Source: Lytechinus pictus (lineage: Eukaryota). Taken from it: 64,000 nucleotides of DNA. The notes beneath the pieces are model-generated. The model made no database searches and was not told where the DNA came from. It saw only the letters and a list, made by a program, of their open reading frames with translations. Positions 13,559 through 24,609 of this stretch are shown piece by piece (position 1 is the stretch's first letter; each line of letters opens with the position of its first letter). The DNA lies in NCBI RefSeq assembly GCF_037042905.1, contig NC_087245.1, positions 25,856,001 through 25,920,000 of the forward strand. Direction: 5' to 3'. Both the position numbers and the translations under genes were made by a program.

Positions 13559-14682
13559 GAACTAAAGATGCTCGGCGGGTCGCGCGACCGAGCACATGTA
13601 TCCCCCGAACCGACCGCATCATCCATCATTGCGATATATAGAGCTCACACAGAAATTTGACAAATAAAGAAATAAATACAATTAACGTGACAACAATGAC
13701 CCTGCCCACATTTTGCCTGTGGGTACCAAATTTCATGACAATAACATGACGCAGCAGCGTGACTCTGCAGAGCCTAAAATATTGTCCAGTAGCAACTATT
13801 GGTGATTACAATTATAGAGTAATATGGATATATTTTGTAAACCTAACCCTAAGACCCCCCCCCCCCCTACCAAAAATGATAGGCATCTTCGCTATACCTT
13901 TTAATATTGCTTCTGTGTGCCAACTGCTATGACAAACTTTCTATATGGGAACAGCATGGTATTATCATACATGTACCTTGGAATGAAGTAAGCATGATTC
14001 ATTGGTTTGTCATAGTTATTGGTAACACTCACCTGGATTGTTACCATGACCCCCTCCCCACCAACTTTATTCGCTTTACCTTCTAAAATTGATTCTGTGT
14101 GCTGTTATGACAAACTGGAAAAAAAACAGAAGTTACAGGTTTTACCAAATTTTCCACAAAAATATGGTTACCAAGGCAATTATGTCTCCACACATACCAA
14201 AATCAATAGGCAGCTTTGCTTAATGGACCTTCATGCCACATTTGAAGATGATCGGAGAAGAAATGCAGCTGGTAGAGCGCTCACAAGTACATCTCTGCTA
14301 TTTCCACAAAAGCTCGTTACCATGGCAACGATGTCTCCGCCCACACCAAAATTAATAGGCGGCTTTGTTTTACCACAATGGACCTTCATGCCACATTCGA
14401 AGATGATCGGAGAAGAAATGCAGCTGGTAGAGCGCTCCCAAGGACATCTCTGCTATTTCCACAAAAACACTTGTTTCCATGACAACGATGTATCCGCCCT
14501 CACCAAAAACGATAGGCGGCTTTTCTATACCATACCCGTCCTTCATGCCAAATTTGTAGATTATCGGAGAAGAAATGCAGCTGGTAGAGCGCTCACAAGG
14601 AAATCTCTGCGGCGGCGGACGCGGTGGCGCGACGAGGCCAAATCCATAGTATCCTCCGAAATCTGTTCGGGGGATACAATAA
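13559..14682 (-). mobile_element. Helentron-associated (HINE/DINE-1-like) element
   Basis: Perfect 14-bp subterminal inverted repeats tgtatcccccgaac (13597-13610) / gttcgggggataca (14665-14678); stem-loop tgctcgg...ccgagca (13569-13594); ~156-bp tandem units (atcggagaagaaatgcagctggtagagcgctc near 14250, 14405, 14562). Confidence 0.75.
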
Positions 14683-15194
14683 TTACTTTGGCGTTTAGAC
14701 ATCTAAAACCCGTCAAGCGCTATTCGATTTAAAGAAATTCTATCCGCATTCTCTTTTTAGGACAGACCATCAATTTTGGTTTGTAGTTTGTAATGAGCCA
14801 AGTACGAAAGCAATACATATTACTAGTACCACAAGTCTTCTCACCCATGGCAACTCCCTATTAAAGCAAAATTAAACTTTAAAAATTAAGACAAGTAGTG
14901 TTTACGGAATTTGTCATATGTGACGTTGAATATGCGATATGATAATTACCATATAAAATTCTTTGTTTCAGTCCAAGTCCATCACACCCAAATTCAATCT
15001 GTTCCCATAGTAACTCTGTGAAGGGCTTCCAAGCAAATGGTATTATCAAGTTTATAAAATATATTTTCATGTTTCAGATATGGCAACCAGGAAACCCAGC
15101 CAAAGCATCCATACATTATATATTGCGTGTAAAAAAAACCGGTTTCGTAATAACATCGTAGTAGATTGACATGTATTTAAACAAATATAATCAT

Positions 15195-15680
15195 GTCCCA
15201 GTTTCATTAAAAAAAAGTTCATATACTTTTCAAGTTATGGAGACATTTGTAAAACCTTGACCCTGGTTAAGATTTTAATGTTGACCTTAATCATGTGACC
15301 GAAAACATGTGCGCAGCGATCCTGATTACACGATCCTGATCATCATTTTTATGAACTAGATTCATAAACTTTCAAAGTTATGATGACATTTCAATAACTG
15401 AACCTTGGGTAAAAAGTCAATGTTGATACCCCAAACACGGTCAAAGTTCATTGACCCTAGATTACCTTTGACCTTGGTAATCTAACATGAAACTCTTGCA
15501 AAATAATCAGTGATAGTTTATTATTCTTATGTCCAAGTTTCATGAAATAGGTTCATATACTTTCTACATTATGATGGTATTTCGAAACTTAACCTTGGTC
15601 AACATTTCAATGTTGGCGACGTCGCCGTTGAAAAAGCGGCGCCTATGGTTATAGTGTCGCTCTGCTATGCAAACGAGACA
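15195..15680 (-). mobile_element. Truncated copy of the 12133-13541 HINE-like family
   Basis: Same unit motifs and terminus (aaaagcggcgccta...cgctctgctatgca...gagaca). Confidence 0.6.
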
Positions 15681-16064
15681 CACACAAAACAGGTAAAGAG
15701 GTTAGGTGGAAAAAAGGAAATGAATAAAACAAGAGAGGAAAGGGAAAATAGCAATCAGAAACATTAATAGAGATATAATTAAATAGATGGAGGGGGATTC
15801 AGGTGATTGAAATGTAAGATATAGGATCAATAAAAACAGGAAAAGTAAGGGTAAGAGGAAAAAAACAGAGAGAGTAAACATAGTAAATGGGAAAGAAAAT
15901 AGAAAAGGGATAAGGAACAAGTTAGACTTGTTGACCACTGATATCACCAATATTCATGATATTGTTCTCGGTCCATAAGGACTTTCAATTGTATTCAAAA
16001 TAAAACAGAACATACATTTTTTATGTTATGTCGGGCTAAGCAGTGGCAATCTTCGTGTGATAAT

Positions 16065-16187
16065 CACTGGCGGATCCAGGGGGACACAGTGGGCACGTAC
16101 CCCCTCCCCTTTGAGAAGCAAAATTAAAATTTGTAATGTAAAAATGTCATTAAAACCGAGGTTTGGAAAATCCTGGATCCGCCCCTG
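16065..16187. mobile_element. 123-bp hAT-type MITE
   Basis: TIRs cactggcggatccagg / cctggatccgcccctg; TSD gtgataat / gtgatatt (7/8). Confidence 0.8.
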
Positions 16188-17843
16188 GTGATATTCTTTC
16201 AATTCTAAAATAGAACTTGTTTCTTAAGGGAAAGATGGTCCAATAATCAACCTTCCAGGCATAAATGTATAAATGATGAAAATCTATTAATCTTTAATGA
16301 GCACCTTCAGATTGATATCTTTGCTGCCGTGTTTTTCTTATTTCTCACGCCCTTTGCATTTTGAAAATCTTCAGTCGCAACGAACAGAAATTCAAAAGTC
16401 AGGCACAAAAAAATTATGAAAAACCGTATTTTGACGCCTGGATTTCAGATTATTGCACCTTAGAATACCCCATATATTGTAAGAATCACAAACACGAGAG
16501 AATTCGCTTGGCCTCTGTCCTATTTCATACTATCTGAGAGCTGCATCTCAATACTTCATGTTACTATGTGCACGTATGGACCTTCAAAATGAGATTGAAT
16601 TACGCATGAACACGAGATGGCGCTGCTATCTTTTTGAAAATGCTAACATTAGGTAGCATGCATGTTCATAATTTCTCGAGAGGTTTTTTGTCCAAATAAA
16701 TTAAAAACATACCTGGAATAACATTCGTAAAGAAATAGGAATGATGGATACATCAATATGCATGAATAATGCGAACTTTTATCAAAAGCGCAAAAGAGCG
16801 AATGATAGCTCCAAGCAAGTTTTAACTACGTGCATGCAAAGCCACTTTCTTATTGTTGTCTGCGATATGACTTATTTTCTTTTTATTTTTAGCCTCAAAG
16901 ATATCTATATCACCACAAAGCTGAATTTCTGTACTTTCTCACAATGTCACTCTTTATATGCGGCACCTTTTAATCGGGTCAAGATCACACTTTTCTTACC
17001 AAGGTACAAGACGAGATTTCAAAAATTTTGGAGTAGCATGAAATCTAGAGTTCTGATTGGCTGGATAAGGCTTCAAAGAACAAGCGCGGGTACTTTGATG
17101 AGATTACCACATGGGGAGTGTGACCTTGCCGTGATCCCAGCACTGGAACCGGTGAGTGTGTGGTCTCTTTGACCAATCGGAGTGCAGTATTCTTGTTTTC
17201 AAGCTGCTTAATGTACTTGACCAAAGAAAAGTGTGATCGTAACCCGATTATACCCATTCATGTTTTAAACCTACACCATCTTATTTTTTTCTTTCAAACT
17301 TGATTGATCAAAGTATAAATTACAATGTAAATCAAACAAATCAACAAGCTATTTACATGATTAAACAGAGCAGCACTTAAGTATGTATAAGTTTGTAGAG
17401 AAAGATAACCTATCATGGGTGTCGATCAGTATTCTTGGTTGGGGGGGGGATGATGATACAAAAGTTCTTGTGGATGGGGATCTTTCAACATTACCCCCAC
17501 TAAAATCACAAGTTAGGACATTTGGGAGTGATTGATATGCATGGTGTTCTTGGAAATTCCTTCATTGTTGTAGTGTACTGTACTTATATAATTTTTTTTT
17601 AAATTCAATTTGTGTTACAAGTTAGCCTATTCTAAAGTTAAACTCATACGAAAGAAAAAATGACAAAAATTATCTGGAACATGTACATAGTGATCTGTTG
17701 ATTGAGCATGATGTATACACAGGGGCATCGATCCATTTTTCAGATTGGGGGGGGGGCAAAATCATGAATCAACGTTCCAAAGACGCTCGATCATATAAAA
17801 CGAACAAACTCACCCACACACCCCTACACCCCCACACATAGGC

Positions 17844-17886
<43 letters not shown>

Positions 17887-17889
<3 letters not shown>

Positions 17890-18226
17890 AAGTTATACAT
17901 GTACAACAGCTTTGGCAACTCTTTTATTTTAAATATTGTAAAGAAATGAATGAAGAGAACAATGGTAGGCGTAGCTTAAATCAAGGTTCCCCAGAGCTAT
18001 CTACCCTTTGGAAAAATTGGTGATGCCGAAAAAATGTCTCTGCCGGGAATCGAACCCGGGCCCCCAGCTTTGAACGCCGGTGCCTTAACCACTAGACCAC
18101 AGAGACGGGTTAGTGGCTCGGGCGACCCCGATCCGATTGACCGTCAGATAGACAGATTTTCGACACTATACCAATTATAATTTCCTTTGTCGGGTGAAGG
18201 TGGGTTTTGAACAATGACAAGCCGCC
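17887..18226 (-). mobile_element. 340-bp cassette inserted in a (TA)n tract, carrying an internal tRNA-like gene
   Basis: Flanked on both sides by (TA)n (17850-17886, 18227-18252); no TIR or poly(A) tail evident; tRNA lies in the middle. Confidence 0.65.
18035..18106 (-). tRNA. 72-nt tRNA-like gene, anticodon TCA (would read UGA); Glu/Asp-like D and T arms; function unproven
   Basis: GTCTCTG TG GTCT AGTGGTTA AGGC A CCGGC GTTCAAA GCTGG GGGC CCGGG TTCGATT CCCGG CAGAGAC A: all four stems pair, A and B boxes intact, immediately followed by TTTTTT. Confidence 0.75.
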
Positions 18227-20554
18227 ATATATATATATATATATATATATATGAATCATGAGAAAGAGACACATATCTCAACCTCACCAACAATGCGAGC
18301 GCGAAGCGCGAGCTGAAATTTTTTAGTATGACATGAAAACAGGAAAAATGTACCTGTTTAGGTTTGCTTGTAGTAACTCATGAGGAGCATAGATGTATCG
18401 CACTAGAGAGCGAGCTAAAATTTCTTTATATTCTGACGTAAAAGCTTGATATTCTAAGCACTTTTGGTACCAATGATTAAGATGGGTATCTAGAAGAACA
18501 ATAGATGCGAGCGCAAAGCGTCAGCTGAAAATTTTAATATATCGATCTGGACAAAAATACAATTTAATGGACGCTTTTATTAAAGAACAAGATACATATC
18601 CAACAAAAGATTATTGCAAATCGAAGCGGGAGTTCTTTTGAGGTATAGAACTGAAAACGGGACATTCTATTCACCTATTTAATCATGAAAAGTATGGGGT
18701 TTTGGTACAGAAATTATGCGAGCGCGAAGCGCGAGCTGAAAATGATTATATTCCGATCTGAAAAGCAGACATTTTGAGCACGATTTTAGATCAAAATCGA
18801 GTTGGTATCTTAATCTCGCTTGCTGGTTTCAGTGTAGCATTACAATCTTATTTTATTTTTAGTTGCACATGCGGAATTATTTGGAGGGGGGCAAAACGAT
18901 ATGTTCCCCCCAAATATTTTCATTGGTGGGGCTATTACTCTAATAGCTATATGGTCATTCCTTAGACGATTTATCTTGCCACCCTTTCACTCCCGTTTGT
19001 TTTTCCACCCTTTTGAATTAATTGATTTATTAAAATTAATTCATTCACCACTGGTGGGATGGAACACCCTATCAACAAAAGTTGTTTTTCGTTGGGGTCC
19101 TTTTATGTCATGTGTTAAAAAATATCATATACATAAACATTTCATTCTTTTTCATCTTGAACTTCCACCCATCTGTTTAATAGTCCTGAAAAAGAATGTT
19201 TTCATTTAATAACAATATACACAAATTGCGAGGGAAACAAACTGATTGATGGCATACTATAATCATCACTATAATCATCATGATCAAACTTTTCATTTTT
19301 TCATCATCATTATTATAATTTTTCTACCCTAAATTATTGGGGGGGGGGTGATAATACAGGCCATCCCCCCACTTGAAATATTGGGGGGATATATCCCCCC
19401 CATCCCCCCCCCCCCCGTGATCGACACCCATGTAACCTATACCATTTTAAAGCATAGATGTTCAGTTTTTTATGATCTAAAAATCATTTGGGCTCAAACA
19501 AAATAAAGTGTAAAAATATCAACTTTTGTCGGGTGAAAATAATTATTATGTAGCATATTTTAGATCAAAAGTTTCACCTACATTACAAAGTCTTTAAATA
19601 AATTCAAACACATGACGTAAAAGAATGATGCTTTTCCTTTACAATGATACCAAAATCATGAAATTTGGTGTATATACAGAGCTGCAATGACCGAATTAAA
19701 AGAGGTGTTTTGGTCCGCATCAAGCTCATTAAATATGCAAAACCTCTGAAGTCATGAATATCACTTGGATAAAAGAAGCCACTTTTTTGGACCTGCCTAC
19801 TGACTGCCATGATCACGTGCAAATGTCCCATAATTGCGAATGGCCTGCCGCCAATCACAGCAGTCTTAGCACCCAAAGCATAATCCTACAATACAAGAGG
19901 AACTGAGATATACCCTTGCGCGATTGAATGAAATTGAAAGTAAAAGCATCGACCTATCTAACAATTGAGTTTTCGCAACCATGGCAACAGCTACGCAGAT
20001 GATTTTTTGAACGAATACTGTCAAACGCCCTTCACGCCATTTTGCGATTTTTCTTCAGCTCTGAAACGTCGGACAAAAGAAAATTATAAAGAATTCATTG
20101 TGACTTTATTTGCATTTTCATTGCATTCGTTACGTTGTAGGATTTATTCCGTGTCGCTGAGCGAAAAGACGCTATTTTTTAGGGGGCAGAGATTGCATAC
20201 ATATCTGAATATTAAAAAAAAAAAAAAAACAAGCAGATATTGTATTTTGATCGGGCAACCAATAAAATTTTCCAGAAAATTTGCAGAATTTAAGCTGTAA
20301 AACACATATTTCTTTCATGATCCTCCACATCATAACTGTTTTGGGGGCATAATTATAAGCTAGTAATGAATTGGAATAGTGATAGACGCATTTTAGGGGA
20401 TTTGTTAAAACTAAAAACAGGCTTAAAAAGCAGACATACATATACAACAAAATTACATCCATAGCACTCTTTGTATGTAATAAATCGAGGAGCTAATTCG
20501 TTTTCAATCAGAATTTAACACGCTGTATATAATATAATTATCGTGTGTCGTTGA

Positions 20555-20880
20555 TATTGTTATTATTATTATTGTTATTATTTTATTATTATTATTTTCA
20601 TCATTATTATTATTATCATTGTTTTCATTATCATTATTGTAACCGTTATGATCATTAATATTATGATTATCAATATCATGATTATTCTTTTAATTAGTTT
20701 TTTATATTGTTTGTTGCTGTCGCCGTTGTTATTATCACCGTCATTGTCAACATTATTATTCATTAACATTTTTATTGTTATCATTATAATCCATTATAAT
20801 CATCGTCATCATAGTTCATATCATTGATACGTTTTTTATCACTATCACCATGGTTAACATAATTGTCGTTATTATGCCGT
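20555..20880. repeat. Degenerate (ATT/ATC)n low-complexity tract
   Basis: Runs of att/atc/gtt triplets. Confidence 0.8.
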
Positions 20881-21173
20881 TCAGTTAGGGAAAGAGGAAA
20901 GAAAAACAAATCGTCACAGCATCCTTTATAGCGTGAGCTTGATGAATAAATCTCAAGTATTGTTGCTTTCACATACTCATCAACACAATTACATCAGGAG
21001 TCTAATGAGTGTCAGTTGAGTGCTTGGCGAATATGAAAATAAATAATGTGCAGTGGATAGGCCTCCAGCATACACTCAGCGTGTAAGAATGAAAACAACA
21101 AAATAGCCATCATTTCAAAACTGAAACATACGTTTATACCAAACTTTACATACTTCACTAAATAGTATACACT

Positions 21174-22931
21174 CAGTGGCGTTTCACCCGGAGCCATGTG
21201 GTAGACACCCCCCCCCCCCCCCCGAAGGATTTTCGCCCTGGAAATTCAAACACTCACCAAGAATAGAAATAGGGAGAGGGGGTGGGAAGAAAGGAAGGTA
21301 GAGAGAAGGGGAAGGGAGAGAAATGAATAGTAAAGGAGGAAGGAGAAAATATAACAGGGAAAAGAAGGAGAATAGGAAAGAATTTGATTGACATACATGT
21401 GAGAAAGAACAAAAACATCATGATGAGAGAGGGGGTGATTTAAACAGTGTCAAAATGGAATGTAAAGGGATGAATGGAGGGGAAAAGAAGAGCGACAGAA
21501 AGAAATAGGTAATATACAAGGTAGTGTGATATGAGCGCAGTCTGAGGGAAAGGTTAGAAGGTAAAGGGGGAAAAGAAATAAAAGAAACATTTGAAATGTT
21601 AACGGGCTGCTGAAGATTTGTTTCAATGAATATAAATTAAGAAGGAAAGAAAAGGAAGATTGAATGGCACGGCCGGATGGTAGAGAATGAAAAAAAAAAT
21701 GAGCTAGAATGGAAGTACAAAGAAAAATTCAAACGTCACAAAAAAAAAAAAAAAATTGAAAAGATGACTTGTCAGGACGACATAAAACATTATAAAGAAA
21801 CGAAGACAAGAAATAAATCAAAGAAGAAAACGCCATTGTGTATTGGGCTGACCGGGACGCGATTCTTTTTTTCGTCAGTACTCTTGCACCCGACGCTCCT
21901 GGATCGGACCCCCTTGGAGGAACACTACTTCTGTATCTGGCCAAGGGCTGGAAGGCCTACCTCTTTATATATGACGCTATATATTATGCAATACGCATCA
22001 AACTTTACGCTGGCCCAATTTAGAGTTTACAGTGGCTTGTCTCTAAATCCTCTGGCTGCGTCTGGCAGGGGAATTATACCCCTTTCATACTGCCCTCTTC
22101 ATTTTTCACCGGCGAACTTCGCCGGCGAACTTCTCCGCCTCGCATTCCTCACTTCCCCGGCGAAGAAAAAAATGTACCCTTTCGCACTGACGTTTCTTCC
22201 CCGGCGAAAGTCAACGGGCGATTGCAGAACAAACGAAAGAAAATTGTAAACATTACTTCTTACCTATTACAAAAAGGTATCAAAAAAATTAATTACAACA
22301 TATTTTGGAAGTATTACAATAAAAACAAACAATATCACCTTGTTTTTATATCTTAGCGCATTTTATACATGTAAAAAGTGCTTTTTAATAAATATTGTTA
22401 GTAAAAAAAAAAAAATGTTCGAGGGTATCTACTTGGCCATAGCATTCAGCTGAGCTTGCAACGATCGCGCGCGGAATCTCGGTGCAGGGGACTTCGGGAG
22501 AGGAAAAAATTGACATCTGACGTCATTAAAGAGGAGAAGTTCTCCGGTTTGCTTTCATACTGGCCTTTTCACCGGCGAACTTCGCCGGTGAAACAGTTTC
22601 GCCGGCGAAGTTCTCCACCTCTAGAGGTGGAGAAGTTCACCGGCGAACTTCACCGGTGAAGTTCTCCTGTGTACCTTTCATACTGGACACTTTCCCCTTC
22701 GCTGGCGAACTTCGAAACCTCGAAATGGCTCGAGAGACCGGATCTTTGAAACGGGCTCTACCCCTGCACCCAACAAGGAGCCCTAATGCCCCCCGCCCCC
22801 CCCCCCCCCCCCGGACCCTACTGGCATAGAGCTTCGCAGTGTGAGCTATGGTCACAATCACAGGATGATTCATGTTCACACCACTGAACTTGCTGACTCT
22901 CGTCCCCTCTTAACCCTGTGTTACGCCCCTG
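21174..22931. mobile_element. Non-autonomous hAT-type element with purine-rich interior
   Basis: Termini cagtggcgtttcac / gtgttacgcccctg; TSD tatacact (21166-21173) / tttacact (22932-22939). Confidence 0.7.
22077..22715. mobile_element. Nested Harbinger-like MITE fragment with palindromic ccggcgaacttcgccgg repeats
   Basis: Recurrent ctttcatactg and caccggcgaacttcgccgg motifs at ~22080-22140 and ~22550-22715; right terminus not seen. Confidence 0.5.
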
Positions 22932-23891
22932 TTTACACTCAATATGAACCATTCAACATTTCTACATTTCTATAAGAACTGTCATTGATGAATGGCACAT
23001 TTCACCATTGTTTCATAATGAAGTAGATATTAGACCATTATATAGCCATTCATTCGCGTAAATCAAAACTAAAGAAATCAATACTTGTCATGCTTGTGAT
23101 ATCGTGCAATGTTGCTAAAGATTGGTATCATGTTACAACTCTTTTTTTTCCATTGTATATGTATCAATCGTTTGTATTTATTAAACGTTTATATCTATAT
23201 AAATGTTTTCAATTCCTGTATTTCCTGGTGTCATTTGACCTTGTCTTTTTATCTCTATGTATTTTGCATGCTTATTCTTTTCGAAGATGATAGGTTTGTT
23301 TCGCTTTTACTTCCTCTTGGTCATGTTTATATGAAAGTGTAATCAGAACTAATTTTTTTTTAAATCACATCAAAGAGCGAGTTTTTTATAGGAACCTGTC
23401 GTATCAGCCTGGGTGAGCGTGAAGTACACTTCCTACCAATATAGAAAATCCAAATTCGAGCTCATGCTATAGATGTTCTTAAATAATAACACACTCAACC
23501 TCAATAGGTTGTACAGGGGAAAGCTGGCATATTATGCGATGATAATACAGAAGCAAAATCAAAAGGGTCCAAATTATTCCTTTTGTTTTTGCTGTGTTGA
23601 GTGTGTTCTTTCTCTTAAGCGTCACAACATGCACAAGGTACCAACAGAAAGTCAGGCATGTAGGTAGTCGAAGTAGGCCCTAAATGAAAATGAACCGGTT
23701 TTAAAGCTTTAAACTTTTATAACAACGTTTTTCAGCAAGTGGCTTCTTCTTTTTTTTTTTACTTTCCAGAGAAAGTTGACTCCTGTTTCGTCGACAACAT
23801 TCAGTTGGCAATATGTATAAGCTGAGTATACTTCTTAATTGGTCAGACAAAGTTTACTACTTTGGACAATGTTAATACCCCTCTTTACGTT

Positions 23892-24609
23892 TCATAAACG
23901 AGTATTGAAGGTGCATGGTCTATATAAGATGTTATCTACCATTATTTCTCCAGAACCACCATCTTCATCAAAGAATATATCATTCGTGTCATTTTGCTTT
24001 CCCTCCTCAATTGAAGGGACTGTATTATGACGGGATGATGAAGATGCCAGACATCCTTCTTCTTGCCCATGGTGCTCAAAGCTCATCCGACACTCGTCTG
24101 TCCTCGTCTCCATGTACAAATTATCATCAGACGTTTGGTAATGATGTCCTTCAATTGCAACTTTTTGATTTGGTTTCCTGCAGTTGTTTCCACTGGCAGT
24201 CTCTTGGGCCGCGCCATGAGCCTTCATATCGTGACTTTGGATGGCAACATCCATATCTTCTGGTAGAGATAGCCCACTGCAATCCTCCGGTATCATTCCG
24301 TCAACATTACGAGTCATCGCTAGGTCGGTTCGATCAGCGTTTGTCGGAAGACATGGGAGAGGGGGTAGACTAACATCACGACGGGCCCCGATGAAGGTTC
24401 CCAGTCTACTTGGTCTGTCAATACCATCCGTTGGCAAATCACCAATTGAATTGTAAACGTGATTAATGGGACCCTCTGCAGCATAACGAATAGTGTGTTG
24501 TTCCAGGTCTTGGAAAGGACCGGTTTCTTCTTGGATCATATCAGGGTCTAAGGTAAAGTAGTCTTGAGAGGTGGAAGCAGCTTGAGATCTCAGTAGAATC
24601 TGGTTTCTT
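23892..24609 (-). CDS. Gene 1 last exon: cytoplasmic tail
   Basis: Acceptor ttttcatctttag; 246-aa ORF frame; motifs YFTL, YNSI, YMET, LPPLP, C-terminal -TRL. Confidence 0.8.

Larger units (their letters stand above)
17719..18932. mobile_element. Nested hAT-type element (right end eroded) with repeated gcgagcgcgaagcgcgagctgaaa motifs
   Basis: Left terminus caggggcatcgatcc plus G-run; motif recurs near 18295, 18505 and 18718; no intact right TIR. Confidence 0.55.
17414..19432. mobile_element. Non-autonomous hAT-type element hosting two nested insertions
   Basis: Perfect 15-bp TIRs catgggtgtcgatca / tgatcgacacccatg; perfect 8-bp TSD taacctat (17406-17413, 19433-19440). Confidence 0.9.

Noticed and set aside
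14019..14732. 237-aa ORF
   Set aside because: Runs through tandem units of a HINE-like element; repeats appear in shifting frames and there is no domain signature.
16741..17172. 143-aa ORF with donor-like ccg|gtgagt near 17152 and CCAAT-like motifs
   Set aside because: No recognisable domain and no downstream exon identified; cannot be supported.
18035..18106. Selenocysteine tRNA
   Set aside because: 4-nt variable loop and standard 7/5 fold; lacks the long variable arm and extended acceptor stem of tRNA-Sec.
21677..22249. 190-aa Lys-rich ORF
   Set aside because: Arises from the purine-rich interior of a hAT-type element and a nested MITE.
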